64,000 nucleotides of DNA. Origin: an uncultured virus (IMG/VR IMGVR_UViG_3300025502_000006) (lineage: Duplodnaviria > Heunggongvirae > Uroviricota > Caudoviricetes). The stretch lies in the IMG/VR virus record IMGVR_UViG_3300025502_000006; one strand, 5' to 3'. Position 1 is the first letter of the stretch; every line of letters begins with the position of its first letter. The notes under the pieces were generated by a model. The model saw only the letters and a list, made by a program, of their open reading frames with translations, had not been told where the DNA came from and searched no databases. This document shows positions 1-9,475 of this stretch, in pieces. The translations under genes and the position numbers were made by a program.

Positions 1-135
1 TAATTTGTCACGTAACTCACTAGGTCTTATTTCTGCCGTTTTCTCGTTTGACCACTCACAATAATGCATCATTTCAACACACAATCTTAGCGGGTATTTA
101 ATATCTGAATAATTCATACCTTCACCTCTCCTCCA

Positions 136-399
136 TTAATCTAACTCTGTTGACTCAATGCAACCCAGTATTGTTTCTTCATACATTTTATTAGCTTTTT
201 CCTTAGCTTCATTTAAAGAACCACAACCATAAAAGTCATTAAAACCCTCTAGCGGCCCCACTATGTCAAAACTAGGAAACTTTTTCCAACCCTTCCATGT
301 AATCAAAAATTCACCGAGTCCACTTGTCCCTCGAACATGGTTATACCTACAACTTTCGTCACAATCTTTTTCGTCTGACCATATAATATCTTTTATCAT
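136..399 (-). CDS. hypothetical phage protein
   Basis: 87-aa ORF; start overlaps the stop of the upstream ORF (TAATG), preceded by GAGGT. Confidence 0.7.
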   Translation of the reverse strand: MIKDIIWSDEKDCDESCRYNHVRGTSGLGEFLITWKGWKKFPSFDIVGPLEGFNDFYGCGSLNEAKEKANKMYEETILGCIESTELD

Positions 400-575
400 T
401 ACACTACCTCAAATCCGAATTCCATATAAAGTATGTTGAACCTTAGATAGCCTTCTTCCAAGTGAACACCGAACAAACTACGAAGCCCGTCCTCCCAATT
501 ATTAACGGACAAAAGCCAAAAGCCATATATTGAATCCGAAGGTATCCAATCTATTCCAAATAAGTCAAAACTCAT
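399..575 (-). CDS. 58-aa aromatic-rich protein, paralogue family 'SFxLFxIxW' (not in ORF track)
   Basis: Manual translation MSFDLFGIDWIPSDSIYGFWLLSVNNWEDGLRSLFGVHLEEGYLRFNILYMEFGFEVV; first 53 nt identical to the gene at 29598-29765. Confidence 0.8.
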   Translation of the reverse strand: MSFDLFGIDWIPSDSIYGFWLLSVNNWEDGLRSLFGVHLEEGYLRFNILYMEFGFEVV

Positions 576-754
576 CACTTCTTCTCAGGTATTGGGTTAA
601 AGTCTTCTTTTAGAACATCGTAATCATCAAACTCGCCTTCATCTTGCGCTTCGATCCACTGCTGTGCTAAGGCTTCTGTAGAGAACACGGCGCTGACATT
701 ATACTCATGACCGCCACGCCAGTAGTTCTGTACTACATATACTGAGTTACTCAT
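575..754 (-). CDS. 59-aa hypothetical protein (not in ORF track)
   Basis: Manual translation MSNSVYVVQNYW...AVFSTEALAQQWIE...; overlaps both neighbours at start/stop. Confidence 0.7.
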   Translation of the reverse strand: MSNSVYVVQNYWRGGHEYNVSAVFSTEALAQQWIEAQDEGEFDDYDVLKEDFNPIPEKK

Positions 755-957
755 AACTTCTTCTCCTGTTCTTTGTTTAGTTTAGTCTCGTGTCTAGCTA
801 CGACATCAAATAGCTCGTCCTCTAGTTTCTTTTGTACTTGAAGATGCTCTGTCTGTAGATCAGCTAGTAGCTCCTTCTCACTATAATCTCTTTCATCACT
901 GGAAGCCCAGAGTTTTATAAACTGCATAGCTAAAGCATCATCATCAATCACTCTCAT
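751..957 (-). CDS. hypothetical protein
   Basis: 68-aa ORF with GGAG SD, coupled to the downstream ORF. Confidence 0.65.
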   Translation of the reverse strand: MRVIDDDALAMQFIKLWASSDERDYSEKELLADLQTEHLQVQKKLEDELFDVVARHETKLNKEQEKKL

Positions 958-1050
958 ACATCACTCCAAATATAGTATAGCACACCAGAGGCCATGTAGA
1001 CTGAGTCACTTGCTTATTCATCATGCGTACTCTTCTGTTAACCTATTAAT

Positions 1051-1079
1051 ATTATAGCACGTTTACCTTGCTTAAGCAA
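1051..1079 (-). promoter_or_regulatory. sigma70-type promoter
   Basis: TTGCTT-N17-TATAAT with extended -10 TG. Confidence 0.6.
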
Positions 1080-1082
1080 GTG

Positions 1083-1286
1083 TTAACTTGCATCTGAAAA
1101 ACCATACGTTGGTGCGGGATTCCCCATCGCTATCCAAGAATCTCTTACCAGTTTACGCATTCGTAAAACTAGTTGTCTGTAAATCTCTCGTTCAGGGTGC
1201 TCCGTAGCGCCATAAAACAAATCATCAGCTACACGAATAATCTCTTTTTCGTAACCCAAATATCTTACATCATTTTCCTTATCCAT
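1083..1286 (-). CDS. hypothetical protein
   Basis: 67-aa ORF, AAGGAG SD. Confidence 0.7.
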   Translation of the reverse strand: MDKENDVRYLGYEKEIIRVADDLFYGATEHPEREIYRQLVLRMRKLVRDSWIAMGNPAPTYGFSDAS

Positions 1287-1579
1287 CTTTCTCCTTAATT
1301 GATTAATGGTGTTATGCGGTGTCGGGTATTAACCACCACTTACCTACCTCATTCCAAGGAATCTTTAATTCGTCATACTCATCCTCAAAGTCATACGGCC
1401 CGAACCAATCGTTTTCGTCGCATTCATCATCTTCATCTGCGCCATTCAATGTGTATGTAATATGCTGGGGCGTACTTCTGTAACATATAAGCAGTGGTAA
1501 CCCATATGGGGGTCGCTCCTTTGATGTTTCAGTCCATTCTATATTCATACCTTTCTCCTTAATTGATTAATGGTGTTAT
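1287..1579. repeat. 29-bp perfect direct repeat pair (1287-1315, 1551-1579) bounding one gene
   Basis: ctttctccttaattgattaatggtgttat twice; on the minus strand it reads stop codon + spacer + AAGGAG SD. Confidence 0.95.
1312..1548 (-). CDS. DUF551-like small phage protein
   Basis: N-terminal W..T..ERPP and C-terminal V..WW.IP pattern. Confidence 0.55.
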   Translation of the reverse strand: MNIEWTETSKERPPYGLPLLICYRSTPQHITYTLNGADEDDECDENDWFGPYDFEDEYDELKIPWNEVGKWWLIPDTA

Positions 1580-3805
1580 ATTGATACCATTTCTAGTTGC
1601 GCCATTGCTTCAGGCAGTGTGTTGCAGAAACTATCTAAAGTTTCTTCACCGCCAAACATTGGAACGTGATAGACATTGAACCCACAAATGCATTCTTCAT
1701 CGTCATAGACAGGCCGTATAAACCCGCCGCTATCACCAAAATGCCAGTGTATTGCATCGTTCTTTTTGTCGTAGTAAACCTTCAACATAACAATTCAAGC
1801 TCCCTTTTCTTTTAGTTGATTAATTACTAATTTCAAATGCATGAAATACCAAACCGTTTATAAATCCCGTTCCAATGTAAATGTAATCAACACCCATGAC
1901 TCTCGGTATTCTGTGCCCAGTTCCAAATAGCTCGAACTGTCTTGTTTCTGGTTCGGCTTCAGTATCAACCTTTGCCCATATACAACAATCATTTCCTTGG
2001 TACGCCACTGTTAATATTTCCGCGTTTGCCGGCATCTCTATTTTTGCGCCATAAGGGCTAATAACATACTTGTGTACTGTAAACATAATTACACCCGCCC
2101 ATTTCTACAATCATAGGGCCCATAGAGTTTATTTTTTCCATATTTAAAATATCTGACATTTCGGTTACCCTCTAAACTCGTTGATACAACTGTCCGTTTT
2201 GGATAATCATATCTCCACCGCCCCAGTATAAAGACGTGGTATGAAAGTCACCATCGTTGGCCATATCAACCCAGACTGCCATTTCTGGCTCGCTACCATG
2301 TTCGAGATCAGCCATAAACACGGGTTTGTATTCCTCCCATAACTTTTCTGCCTCGGTTCGAGTGATTAATTCAGTATCCTCTTTCATGGTTCCGTTACCT
2401 AATGCGTATTGAAATGTACAGTCTTTCATTATTTTTTTTCTCCTAGTTCCAGAACAGCGGTCAATCTTTCTAAAAATCTGTCCCTCCAATCCTCAAAATT
2501 TAGGGGTGTTTCTCCCTTGTCTTTTAGTAAATCCACATAATAATCATAGTGTTTTTTTTCCTGCTTGCTCGTAAAATTAATCACGTATACAACCACCCGC
2601 GTCCAGTATTGCTATCTCCTCTTCTGACATATCCACTAGGGCGAGACAAATCAGATCAACCTCGCTAAAAATAGTTTGCTGTCTAGCGTCATGTTCATAC
2701 TTGAAAGATAATCCCTCTTGGCTGTCTCGCTTATAAACCTCCCATACTGGCACTATCATTAGGTCTCCTCCTCCTCTTCATATTCACACCACTCTCCGTT
2801 AGCATCAAGTTCTTCCATTACAAACATATTCGAGTAATCTTCCATGAGTGCATGTTTATGTACGAATAGTAGCAAATTTGCGGCGGTGTTACTGGCGGCG
2901 AGCATTTCTTCAGCCGTCTCATATGTATGAGTGACTACATGGTTTACCCCTCCTGTTACGCCCAGTTCTAAACAGGGATAGATTGATAGTTTATATTTCA
3001 TGTCTTTCTCCTAATATCTGTGTCCGTCAAAATTACACGCGGGACAATGAATGGTATATTGCGGTGGTGATGATAACAGTATCACTCCTGGATCAGAATC
3101 CATTAATTCCTGTTTACAAACAGGACACTCGATTCCATTTGGAACTGGCTTCGTGCTATTCATAACAAAGTCTAGCACAAGTCGTTTGTCTCTGTTATGT
3201 TCATCTAATGTTTTCATTGGATTTTGCCCTCTCCTTTTTGTAAGCCTGCTCGCCAATAAAGTAGCCAGCATAAACACAAATCGCCCACTCCATTAATATA
3301 GTGGCACCTGTCACTGCGCCAATAAATATCACAATAAGTACCACACGTAAACAGGTCGAGAACGATTTATTATTATCCATTATTCTGTCAACTCCTCAAC
3401 AACTGCTTCGTCTTCGTTGTTCTGAACAACTACTTCACGACCTTCTGCAAACAACATCAACTCTGATGCAACTGCTCGGGCTTGTTGACGGGTCAACTGT
3501 ATTGAATCAAAGAACCGGTCTGGAACACTAAAGTCGTTCCACTTGGCCTGTGTTATTTGGATGCAGGTTTCGCGTTCAAGTCCGCCCCAGAACCTAGTCT
3601 GCGTTATCTGTTGCTCTATACGCGGAACGTTTCTCAAATCAGTACTCATGACAATTTCCTTTTTGTTAGTTAATTAGTTGTTTCGTTTAGAATCTCGATC
3701 ATCTAAACGATCCTTAAGTTCGTCAACAATGTCGATTACTTGTTCAACTAGTTCCTTGTCGTTTGGATCATCAGTGTCCATTACCACTTTAATTTCTATC
3801 TTCAC
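1576..3805 (-). other. run of small hypothetical genes (1576-1788, 1820-2086, 2172-2429, 2577-2759, 2759-3001, 3011-3217 with CxxC...CxxC zinc ribbon, 3380-3649, ~3670-3805)
   Basis: Co-oriented, closely packed ORFs; plus-strand overlaps read as shadows. Confidence 0.7.
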
Positions 3806-3840
3806 TGCATTCTCCTAAATTCCTAATTAATTAAGTTGCC

Positions 3841-3869
3841 ATCATACAAGATTCGGTATCCAAAGTCAA
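3841..3869 (-). promoter_or_regulatory. sigma70-type promoter
   Basis: TTGACT-N17-TATGAT. Confidence 0.7.
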
Positions 3870-3879
3870 CCTTTTAAAA

Positions 3880-4761
3880 TTACAGATTGTCGAATAAGCT
3901 AATAATATGGGCAGGTGTTTTACCAGGTTTCTCTACGAAAAACTCCTTATTGCCATACTTGCTATTGACATTCTTGTAACTTATCTTCTTGTCCTTATAA
4001 GGTAAATTGTGTTTTTTTGCTAAAACTTCTTTTCCTGTATTATGAGATACCCCTCTTGCCTGAGTCCAAGTACTGTTGCCTCCAGCAAATTCTTTCAGAA
4101 TAATGTTGGTAAGTTGCAAACAACTTAGTCCAAGTAGTGCTATCTGAACACCGAAGTCAACATCTTCATGGGAGATCATTTCGTTGTTTGCCGTTACAAA
4201 ATTGATCTCATCATAGTAGACTTCGAGACCATAATGTTTCTTAAGATTTTTAAGTACGGCAAAACTCCCTTTGCTATCATAGTTGCGTTTAAAGATAAAA
4301 AACCTATCATAGGCTGATTCTTGTTCTTTAAATGTCTTATTGAAAGGAACCTTGCCTGGATTGGTTGGGAAAAAGAAGTCTATGTCCTTAAGATCACTCA
4401 CTGGAATCATATTGAATATGTCAACAAAATCCTTACTGTCACAGTGTTGATCTCCTTCATGTAAAATAGAATCGTTATCTGCGATGATTGCAAAATCATC
4501 TGGTTGAGAATAAAAATGCTTTAAGCATTCATTTCTTGCTTCTGCAGGTAACAGTAAATGCCCATGCATATTATTTAAATATGTAACTTTGTTATTCTTT
4601 TCAGCCTCGTCATAATCTTGTGGAAACACGATAACTTCCAACCCATTACAAAAACACCAATCAAGCTGTGTGTTATGTTGCTTGATACGGGTGTCTCTGT
4701 TTTTATCGCCTCGTTTACCAAACCAAGAAATGATATAGATTTTACTAAGATTTTTCATCAA
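3880..4761 (-). CDS. putative GT-A fold glycosyltransferase
   Basis: N-terminal YIIS strand, ARN motif, IIADND (DxD), later EDVDF motif. Confidence 0.55.
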   Translation of the reverse strand: MMKNLSKIYIISWFGKRGDKNRDTRIKQHNTQLDWCFCNGLEVIVFPQDYDEAEKNNKVTYLNNMHGHLLLPAEARNECLKHFYSQPDDFAIIADNDSILHEGDQHCDSKDFVDIFNMIPVSDLKDIDFFFPTNPGKVPFNKTFKEQESAYDRFFIFKRNYDSKGSFAVLKNLKKHYGLEVYYDEINFVTANNEMISHEDVDFGVQIALLGLSCLQLTNIILKEFAGGNSTWTQARGVSHNTGKEVLAKKHNLPYKDKKISYKNVNSKYGNKEFFVEKPGKTPAHIISLFDNL

Positions 4762-4916
4762 TGATTAATGACGCCACAGTTTAATAAAGGCCCGTGTGCA
4801 TCTATATTTGATCAATCTCATCACAGGCATGATAATTCCCAATTTCCGTGCCCATAGAAAATCCATAATAAGCATGCCCATCAGGACACCAATCATATAA
4901 ATCATAAAGAAATCCA

Positions 4917-5811
4917 TTACTTACACTCCATTATAGTGTATCGCCTTAGGTCAATTCCTAGACGTTTTTTTAACATGTCATCAAGCAATGTCATGTACCC
5001 ATTGAATAATGCCGTTGCTTCTTCAAAGTTCAATTCTATATCAAAGTTAGCAACTGTTGATGGTCTTGTATCAACGCCACTGGTGTTATTGAGCCAGTCA
5101 GATGTAAAAGAATTGCCTGGGACTGGCTCACTGCGTTTTACTGACAGTGTTGTCATTATTCTACCCCTTCCAAAGTTACTTTATCGCTTGCTATGTTCAT
5201 TTCGTTAGCACTGCGATGTCCTCTAATATGTTTTGTAGTGGCTTCGGCTATCTGTCCATTGCTCAGACGAATATGCATTGGTCCTAGAACGTCTACTACT
5301 TCTAACCAGTTTGCGTTTATACGTGAAACACTTAAACTTACAAAATCACCTTTAAAAATCATCATGATACTAACTCCCCAATTGTTTGAATTTCTTCAAA
5401 TCCGAATACGTTAACTATATGAAATGTTCCTTCGTTGGCATTCTCAACAATGTCACCAACTGACAAGGAATGCATATCTCTCACCATATCACCGGTCTCA
5501 ACTATTTTTTTCATTTTGAAACCAGTAACTAGACTATCGAACCAAGGATCACAACCCTGTTCATCATCCCAGTAGTAACCATTAAGAACTTTGAACACAT
5601 CTTCCAAAGTACTACCTCCAAAGTTGTCAACAACACACACCTTAGTGTAATGCTCAAACATCTCAGGCTCATATTCGTCACTACCATGCCTAGTTTTCAA
5701 GCAAGTATCGTATATTGGAAATTTCTTAGCAGTTTCGCTATGTCCACCTTCGGGGCTATTTGCAAACTGAGTGATTTCGTCACTGATTCTAACTTGATAG
5801 ATGTTATACAT
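4917..5811 (-). other. three coupled hypothetical genes (4917-5156, 5156-5365, 5362-5811)
   Basis: Overlapping start/stop codons; 5362-5811 carries an HSLSVGDIV motif resembling YodL-like proteins. Confidence 0.65.
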
Positions 5812-5840
5812 ATAGTTCTCTTTTTGCGTGAATATACCAT

Positions 5841-5869
5841 ATTATACTGGATTGTTAACCCAAAGTCAA
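5841..5869 (-). promoter_or_regulatory. sigma70-type promoter
   Basis: TTGACT-N17-TATAAT. Confidence 0.75.
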
Positions 5870-5970
5870 CACTTTGTTAACTTATTTTTACGTACTAATA
5901 TCAATGATTTGCGATTTAAATTTGGATCGTGTCGAAAATACTAAATATTTATACACACAGGAGAATTATC

Positions 5971-6198
5971 ATGACAAATAAATCAGGTTTCGAGATCAGA
6001 GCAGGCTTGCTGGTTCAAGCACAAAGCCTATTAGAGAATAATATTACTAGAAAAAACTTTGGAATCGAAAGCAAAAATACCAGTACTGGAACCGACGACC
6101 CACTTATTAGAGAGGAGATTTCAGTAGCTGATGTCATAGCAGCCGCAAAGGCGCTTTACGAGTTTGTAAACGACAAGCAATGTGATACAAAGACATAG
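5971..6198 (+). CDS. small conserved-looking phage protein
   Basis: ACTAAATA motif at 5940, AGGAG SD, ATG at 5971; NKSGFEIR...AKALYEFV. Confidence 0.7.
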   Translation: MTNKSGFEIRAGLLVQAQSLLENNITRKNFGIESKNTSTGTDDPLIREEISVADVIAAAKALYEFVNDKQCDTKT

Positions 6199-6206
6199 AG
6201 AACTTT

Positions 6207-6224
6207 AAACGGCGCAAGCCGTTT
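6207..6224. terminator. bidirectional intrinsic terminator
   Basis: aaacggc-gcaa-gccgttt hairpin between convergent genes. Confidence 0.75.
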
Positions 6225-6814
6225 TAGTCACGGTTCTGAATTATTTCATCAACTAAGCCATACTCTAAGGCTGTGTTAGCATTCATGAAATTATCACGCT
6301 CCATATCGGCGGACAATATGGCAAATGTTTTGCCTGCTGAATTGTGATGGACATAGATTTCAGTTAAAAACTGTTTCATCTCTAGGATTTCTTTAACTTG
6401 AATTTCCATATCGGTGGCCTGACCTCTTGCGCCACCCGAAGGCTGATGAATCATGTGCCTAGCATGCGGAAGTATTTTACGTTTGCCTTTAGCACCTGCT
6501 TGTGCTAGTAAACTACCCATTGACGCCGCTTGTCCCATAACAATCGTGTTGATGTCTGGTTTAATAAATTGCATTGTATCATAGATGGCCATACCTGCTG
6601 TTACACTACCACCAGGGGAGTTAATATACAAAGAAATATCGGCATCGCTGTTTTCACTCTCCAAGAATAGCAACTGGGCTACGATTAAATTAGCCATAGT
6701 GTCATGCACTTCGCCCTCTAAGAGGATCACACGATCACGCAGTAATCTACTGTAAATGTCGTAACTACGTTCACCACGACTTGTTTGTTCTAAAACTATT
6801 GGTACCAGTGCCAT
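6224..6814 (-). CDS. clpP: ATP-dependent Clp protease proteolytic subunit
   Basis: [17 protein letters not shown], catalytic AASMG (Ser), MIHQP (His), ERDNF (Asp). Confidence 0.98.
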   Translation of the reverse strand: MALVPIVLEQTSRGERSYDIYSRLLRDRVILLEGEVHDTMANLIVAQLLFLESENSDADISLYINSPGGSVTAGMAIYDTMQFIKPDINTIVMGQAASMGSLLAQAGAKGKRKILPHARHMIHQPSGGARGQATDMEIQVKEILEMKQFLTEIYVHHNSAGKTFAILSADMERDNFMNANTALEYGLVDEIIQNRD

Positions 6815-6833
6815 AAAATTTCCTCTGTAAATA

Positions 6834-6884
6834 TATTTAGTTGTTGATTCTGTGCAGTATACAGGTTAGGTAAACTACATGCAA
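6834..6884 (-). promoter_or_regulatory. dual promoter of clpP (sigma70-type plus late-type)
   Basis: TTGCAT-N17-TATACT (6856-6884) and CTAAATA (6834-6840). Confidence 0.55.
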
Positions 6885-6893
6885 CACTTTCGG

Positions 6894-7799
6894 TTAAACT
6901 ACTTTAATATTACTAACAAATTGTCTTTGTTTAATTCGTTCTGTTATTTCATTTGGTGATAAATGCGATTGTATTTTTGCTAACGGTATGTTGCCTGCCC
7001 TATTATAGATATGACTATAATTATATCTCGCATCATAAAATTCTTGGTTGCTATCATAATGTTTTTTAAACAGTTTACGATATATATTCCAACTCTCGTG
7101 TGATGTTCCCCAATATCTGATAATAAAATCACTTGCATAGTGTCTGAAGGGTTTCCATGCTTCATCGCCAATGTGGTCATCGTCATCAATTGCCATATCT
7201 TGGAGTGTCTTTCCAATCTCTACATATAATAGATAAATTGTTCCGAACTCATAAAAGTCGGTGAAGTGTGCATAGTCATCATCTTCTAATGTTCTAATAT
7301 GTGGGCCACGTGGTTGATCATAATAAGTTACTAGGTGCGATGGCATCATCTTTCTAACTGTGCCTTCAGCCATAGATTCGCATCTATGTACTTCTAAGTT
7401 TAATTGTCCTAATGCACACTTAACTTCTTTGGGTGCTTCTAAGTAGAATTTGTGCGGTTCGTTAAGCATTCCATGATATATTTCAAAAATATGATGCAAG
7501 TAATTAAGATCATCTTGTTTTAGTTCCAGTGTCATTCGGCGCTTGATAAATCCTGATTTATAGTCATTAATCGTATCTACGCATTTATTGATAGCATCAA
7601 CTGCTCTATGACGTTCTAAAGTCTCTGTATCGAAGCCGTAGAGTCTCCTAGAGTCATTAATGGTGTATATGTCAACTGATTCTGATAGTAAGGTAGCCCA
7701 ACGTTGGGCAATGCTAGTGCTGTTGATGTTGAAATTAAAGGTGAGCGGTTCCAATTGATCAGATGGGTCTGAATAAGTAATGTGTAGTTTTGTATACAT
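6894..7799 (-). CDS. hypothetical protein
   Basis: 301-aa ORF; TAAATA 5 nt upstream of the ATG, no SD. Confidence 0.8.
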   Translation of the reverse strand: MYTKLHITYSDPSDQLEPLTFNFNINSTSIAQRWATLLSESVDIYTINDSRRLYGFDTETLERHRAVDAINKCVDTINDYKSGFIKRRMTLELKQDDLNYLHHIFEIYHGMLNEPHKFYLEAPKEVKCALGQLNLEVHRCESMAEGTVRKMMPSHLVTYYDQPRGPHIRTLEDDDYAHFTDFYEFGTIYLLYVEIGKTLQDMAIDDDDHIGDEAWKPFRHYASDFIIRYWGTSHESWNIYRKLFKKHYDSNQEFYDARYNYSHIYNRAGNIPLAKIQSHLSPNEITERIKQRQFVSNIKVV

Positions 7800-7817
7800 G
7801 TATGTATTTAAGTAATA

Positions 7818-8204
7818 TTATTGTGGCCTAACTAATTCCCATGGTCCGTAAGTTCCATGCTTTTCAACTTTCTCTATCATTTCGTCTCTATTATATTTTT
7901 TGTATTCAGCTGGATTATCAGGATTAATTTGTCCTGCTTTGTAATAAACTTCTTTCCGCATCACAATGTTATTGCCGTTGCTCTTATCGATAACAACATC
8001 GCCCACTTCGACCCAAGCATGTACATGACGGATGCCTTCGATAGGTCCTTGACCAGTGACTACTGCGTGTACCATTGACATATCATTCATATGTGCTTTT
8101 TCGAATGGATTAGAGTCCATTAGTTCTTCTAAGGCAGCTATGAAACAATCACCGCCACCGTTCTCATCTTTCTTACTTTCTATTACAAGTTCAAATGCTC
8201 TCAT
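7818..8204 (-). CDS. putative transglutaminase/papain-like Cys-His-Asp enzyme
   Basis: GDCF...HAWVE...VIDKS motifs; start placed at ATG 8204 (MRAFELVIE) after TAAATA-N5. Confidence 0.55.
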   Translation of the reverse strand: MRAFELVIESKKDENGGGDCFIAALEELMDSNPFEKAHMNDMSMVHAVVTGQGPIEGIRHVHAWVEVGDVVIDKSNGNNIVMRKEVYYKAGQINPDNPAEYKKYNRDEMIEKVEKHGTYGPWELVRPQ

Positions 8205-8313
8205 GTCTATATTTATCAAATCACAAGATAAAAGTTATCAATCTACATATAAACACTAAATACATACACTGACTCTTATATGGGTCTTAACATAAAATAT
8301 AAAGGAGCTACAA

Positions 8314-8703
8314 ATGAAAAATATACAAAAAGGTTTTACATTAGTTGAATTAGTAATTGCCGTTGCTTTAGTTGGGGTGCTATCTGTTGTAGCAATTCCC
8401 AAGATAACAGGCGTATCTGATGATGCACGTGTGGCCGCTTTGAAAGGGGTTGCAGGAGCATTATCATCTGCCAGTGTTCGTAACTATGCAATACGTGGTG
8501 CAAACAATGCTAATGGTTATGAAGTTACTCAGTGTGAAGATGTAGTAGATATACTTGAAGGTGGGGTGTTGCCTCAGGGATTTGAACTTGCAGGAACAGA
8601 TGGAGTCGATCCAGTGGCTGCTGAAGCAAAGGTTGAATGTACATTAAGTACTACAACTACCCCAGTACAAACCACAACATATACTGCTTACGGTATCGCC
8701 TAG
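8314..8703 (+). CDS. type IV pilin, MSHA-like
   Basis: Class III signal peptide MKNIQKG|FTLVELVI (G-1, F1, E5), hydrophobic helix ending IPK, DARVAALKGVAGAL, two Cys. Confidence 0.92.
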   Translation: MKNIQKGFTLVELVIAVALVGVLSVVAIPKITGVSDDARVAALKGVAGALSSASVRNYAIRGANNANGYEVTQCEDVVDILEGGVLPQGFELAGTDGVDPVAAEAKVECTLSTTTTPVQTTTYTAYGIA

Positions 8704-8793
8704 ATTTAATATTCGAATCGGGCTAGAAACACTAAATAGATATGATGATCCTTATTTAAGGATCCAAACATAACTTACATAATGGAGTAACAA

Positions 8794-9192
8794 ATGAAAA
8801 ATATTAAACGATCTAAGAAAGGTTTTACATTAATTGAATTAGTAGTATCAGTTGCAGTAGTTGGTGTGTTGGCAGTTGTTGCCGCACCAAAGGTTGCAGG
8901 AGTTGCAGGCGATGCTCGGACTGCGGGAATCGATGGTATGGCTGCTTCATTGGCAACTGCATCAAGCATGAACTACAACGAACGAAAGAAGTTATCAACA
9001 AACGGTAATGCGGTAATTACTTGTACCGATACTCCTGCTTCACTAGCTGGTGGAACTCTGCCAGGCGCTTATGTATTCACATTGGATGACGGAGATGTTG
9101 AAATTCTGCCAGGCGAGACAGGACTTTGTAGAATCAGTACCCTTAGCACACCAGTTGCTACTGCTGAATATTTAGCATACGGCATAGAGTAA
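8794..9192 (+). CDS. type IV pilin, MSHA-like (paralogue)
   Basis: KKG|FTLIELVV...AAPK, DARTAGIDGMAASL, two Cys; C-terminus YLAYGIE matches YTAYGIA of the first pilin. Confidence 0.92.
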   Translation: MKNIKRSKKGFTLIELVVSVAVVGVLAVVAAPKVAGVAGDARTAGIDGMAASLATASSMNYNERKKLSTNGNAVITCTDTPASLAGGTLPGAYVFTLDDGDVEILPGETGLCRISTLSTPVATAEYLAYGIE

Positions 9193-9205
9193 CACAAGCA
9201 AGAAC

Positions 9206-9234
9206 CTGAGGGCCAGATCGGCCCTCAGTATTTT
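9206..9234 (+). terminator. intrinsic terminator after the pilin pair
   Basis: ctgagggcc-agatc-ggccctcag followed by tatttt. Confidence 0.8.
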
Positions 9235-9255
9235 AACAATACTTAGGAGTTAAAC

Positions 9256-9459
9256 ATGGAATATCTACTAATTGGTTTAGTAGTCGTGGTCACCGTTTTG
9301 TTCTTTATCAAGAGAAACGATGAAAAAACAGCCAGTGAGCTACAACCGAAAGTTAAAGAGAAAGCCGCAAAACCAGTAAAAAAAGCACCCGAGAAGGCGC
9401 CGGCAAAGAAAGCACGTGCTAAAAAAACAACAGCTACGCCGCTGAAAGTTCTTAAGTAA
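9256..9459 (+). CDS. small membrane-anchored Lys/Ala/Pro-rich protein
   Basis: AGGAG SD; N-terminal hydrophobic helix, basic low-complexity tail. Confidence 0.75.
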   Translation: MEYLLIGLVVVVTVLFFIKRNDEKTASELQPKVKEKAAKPVKKAPEKAPAKKARAKKTTATPLKVLK

Positions 9460-9475
9460 AGAGCAATAATAAACT

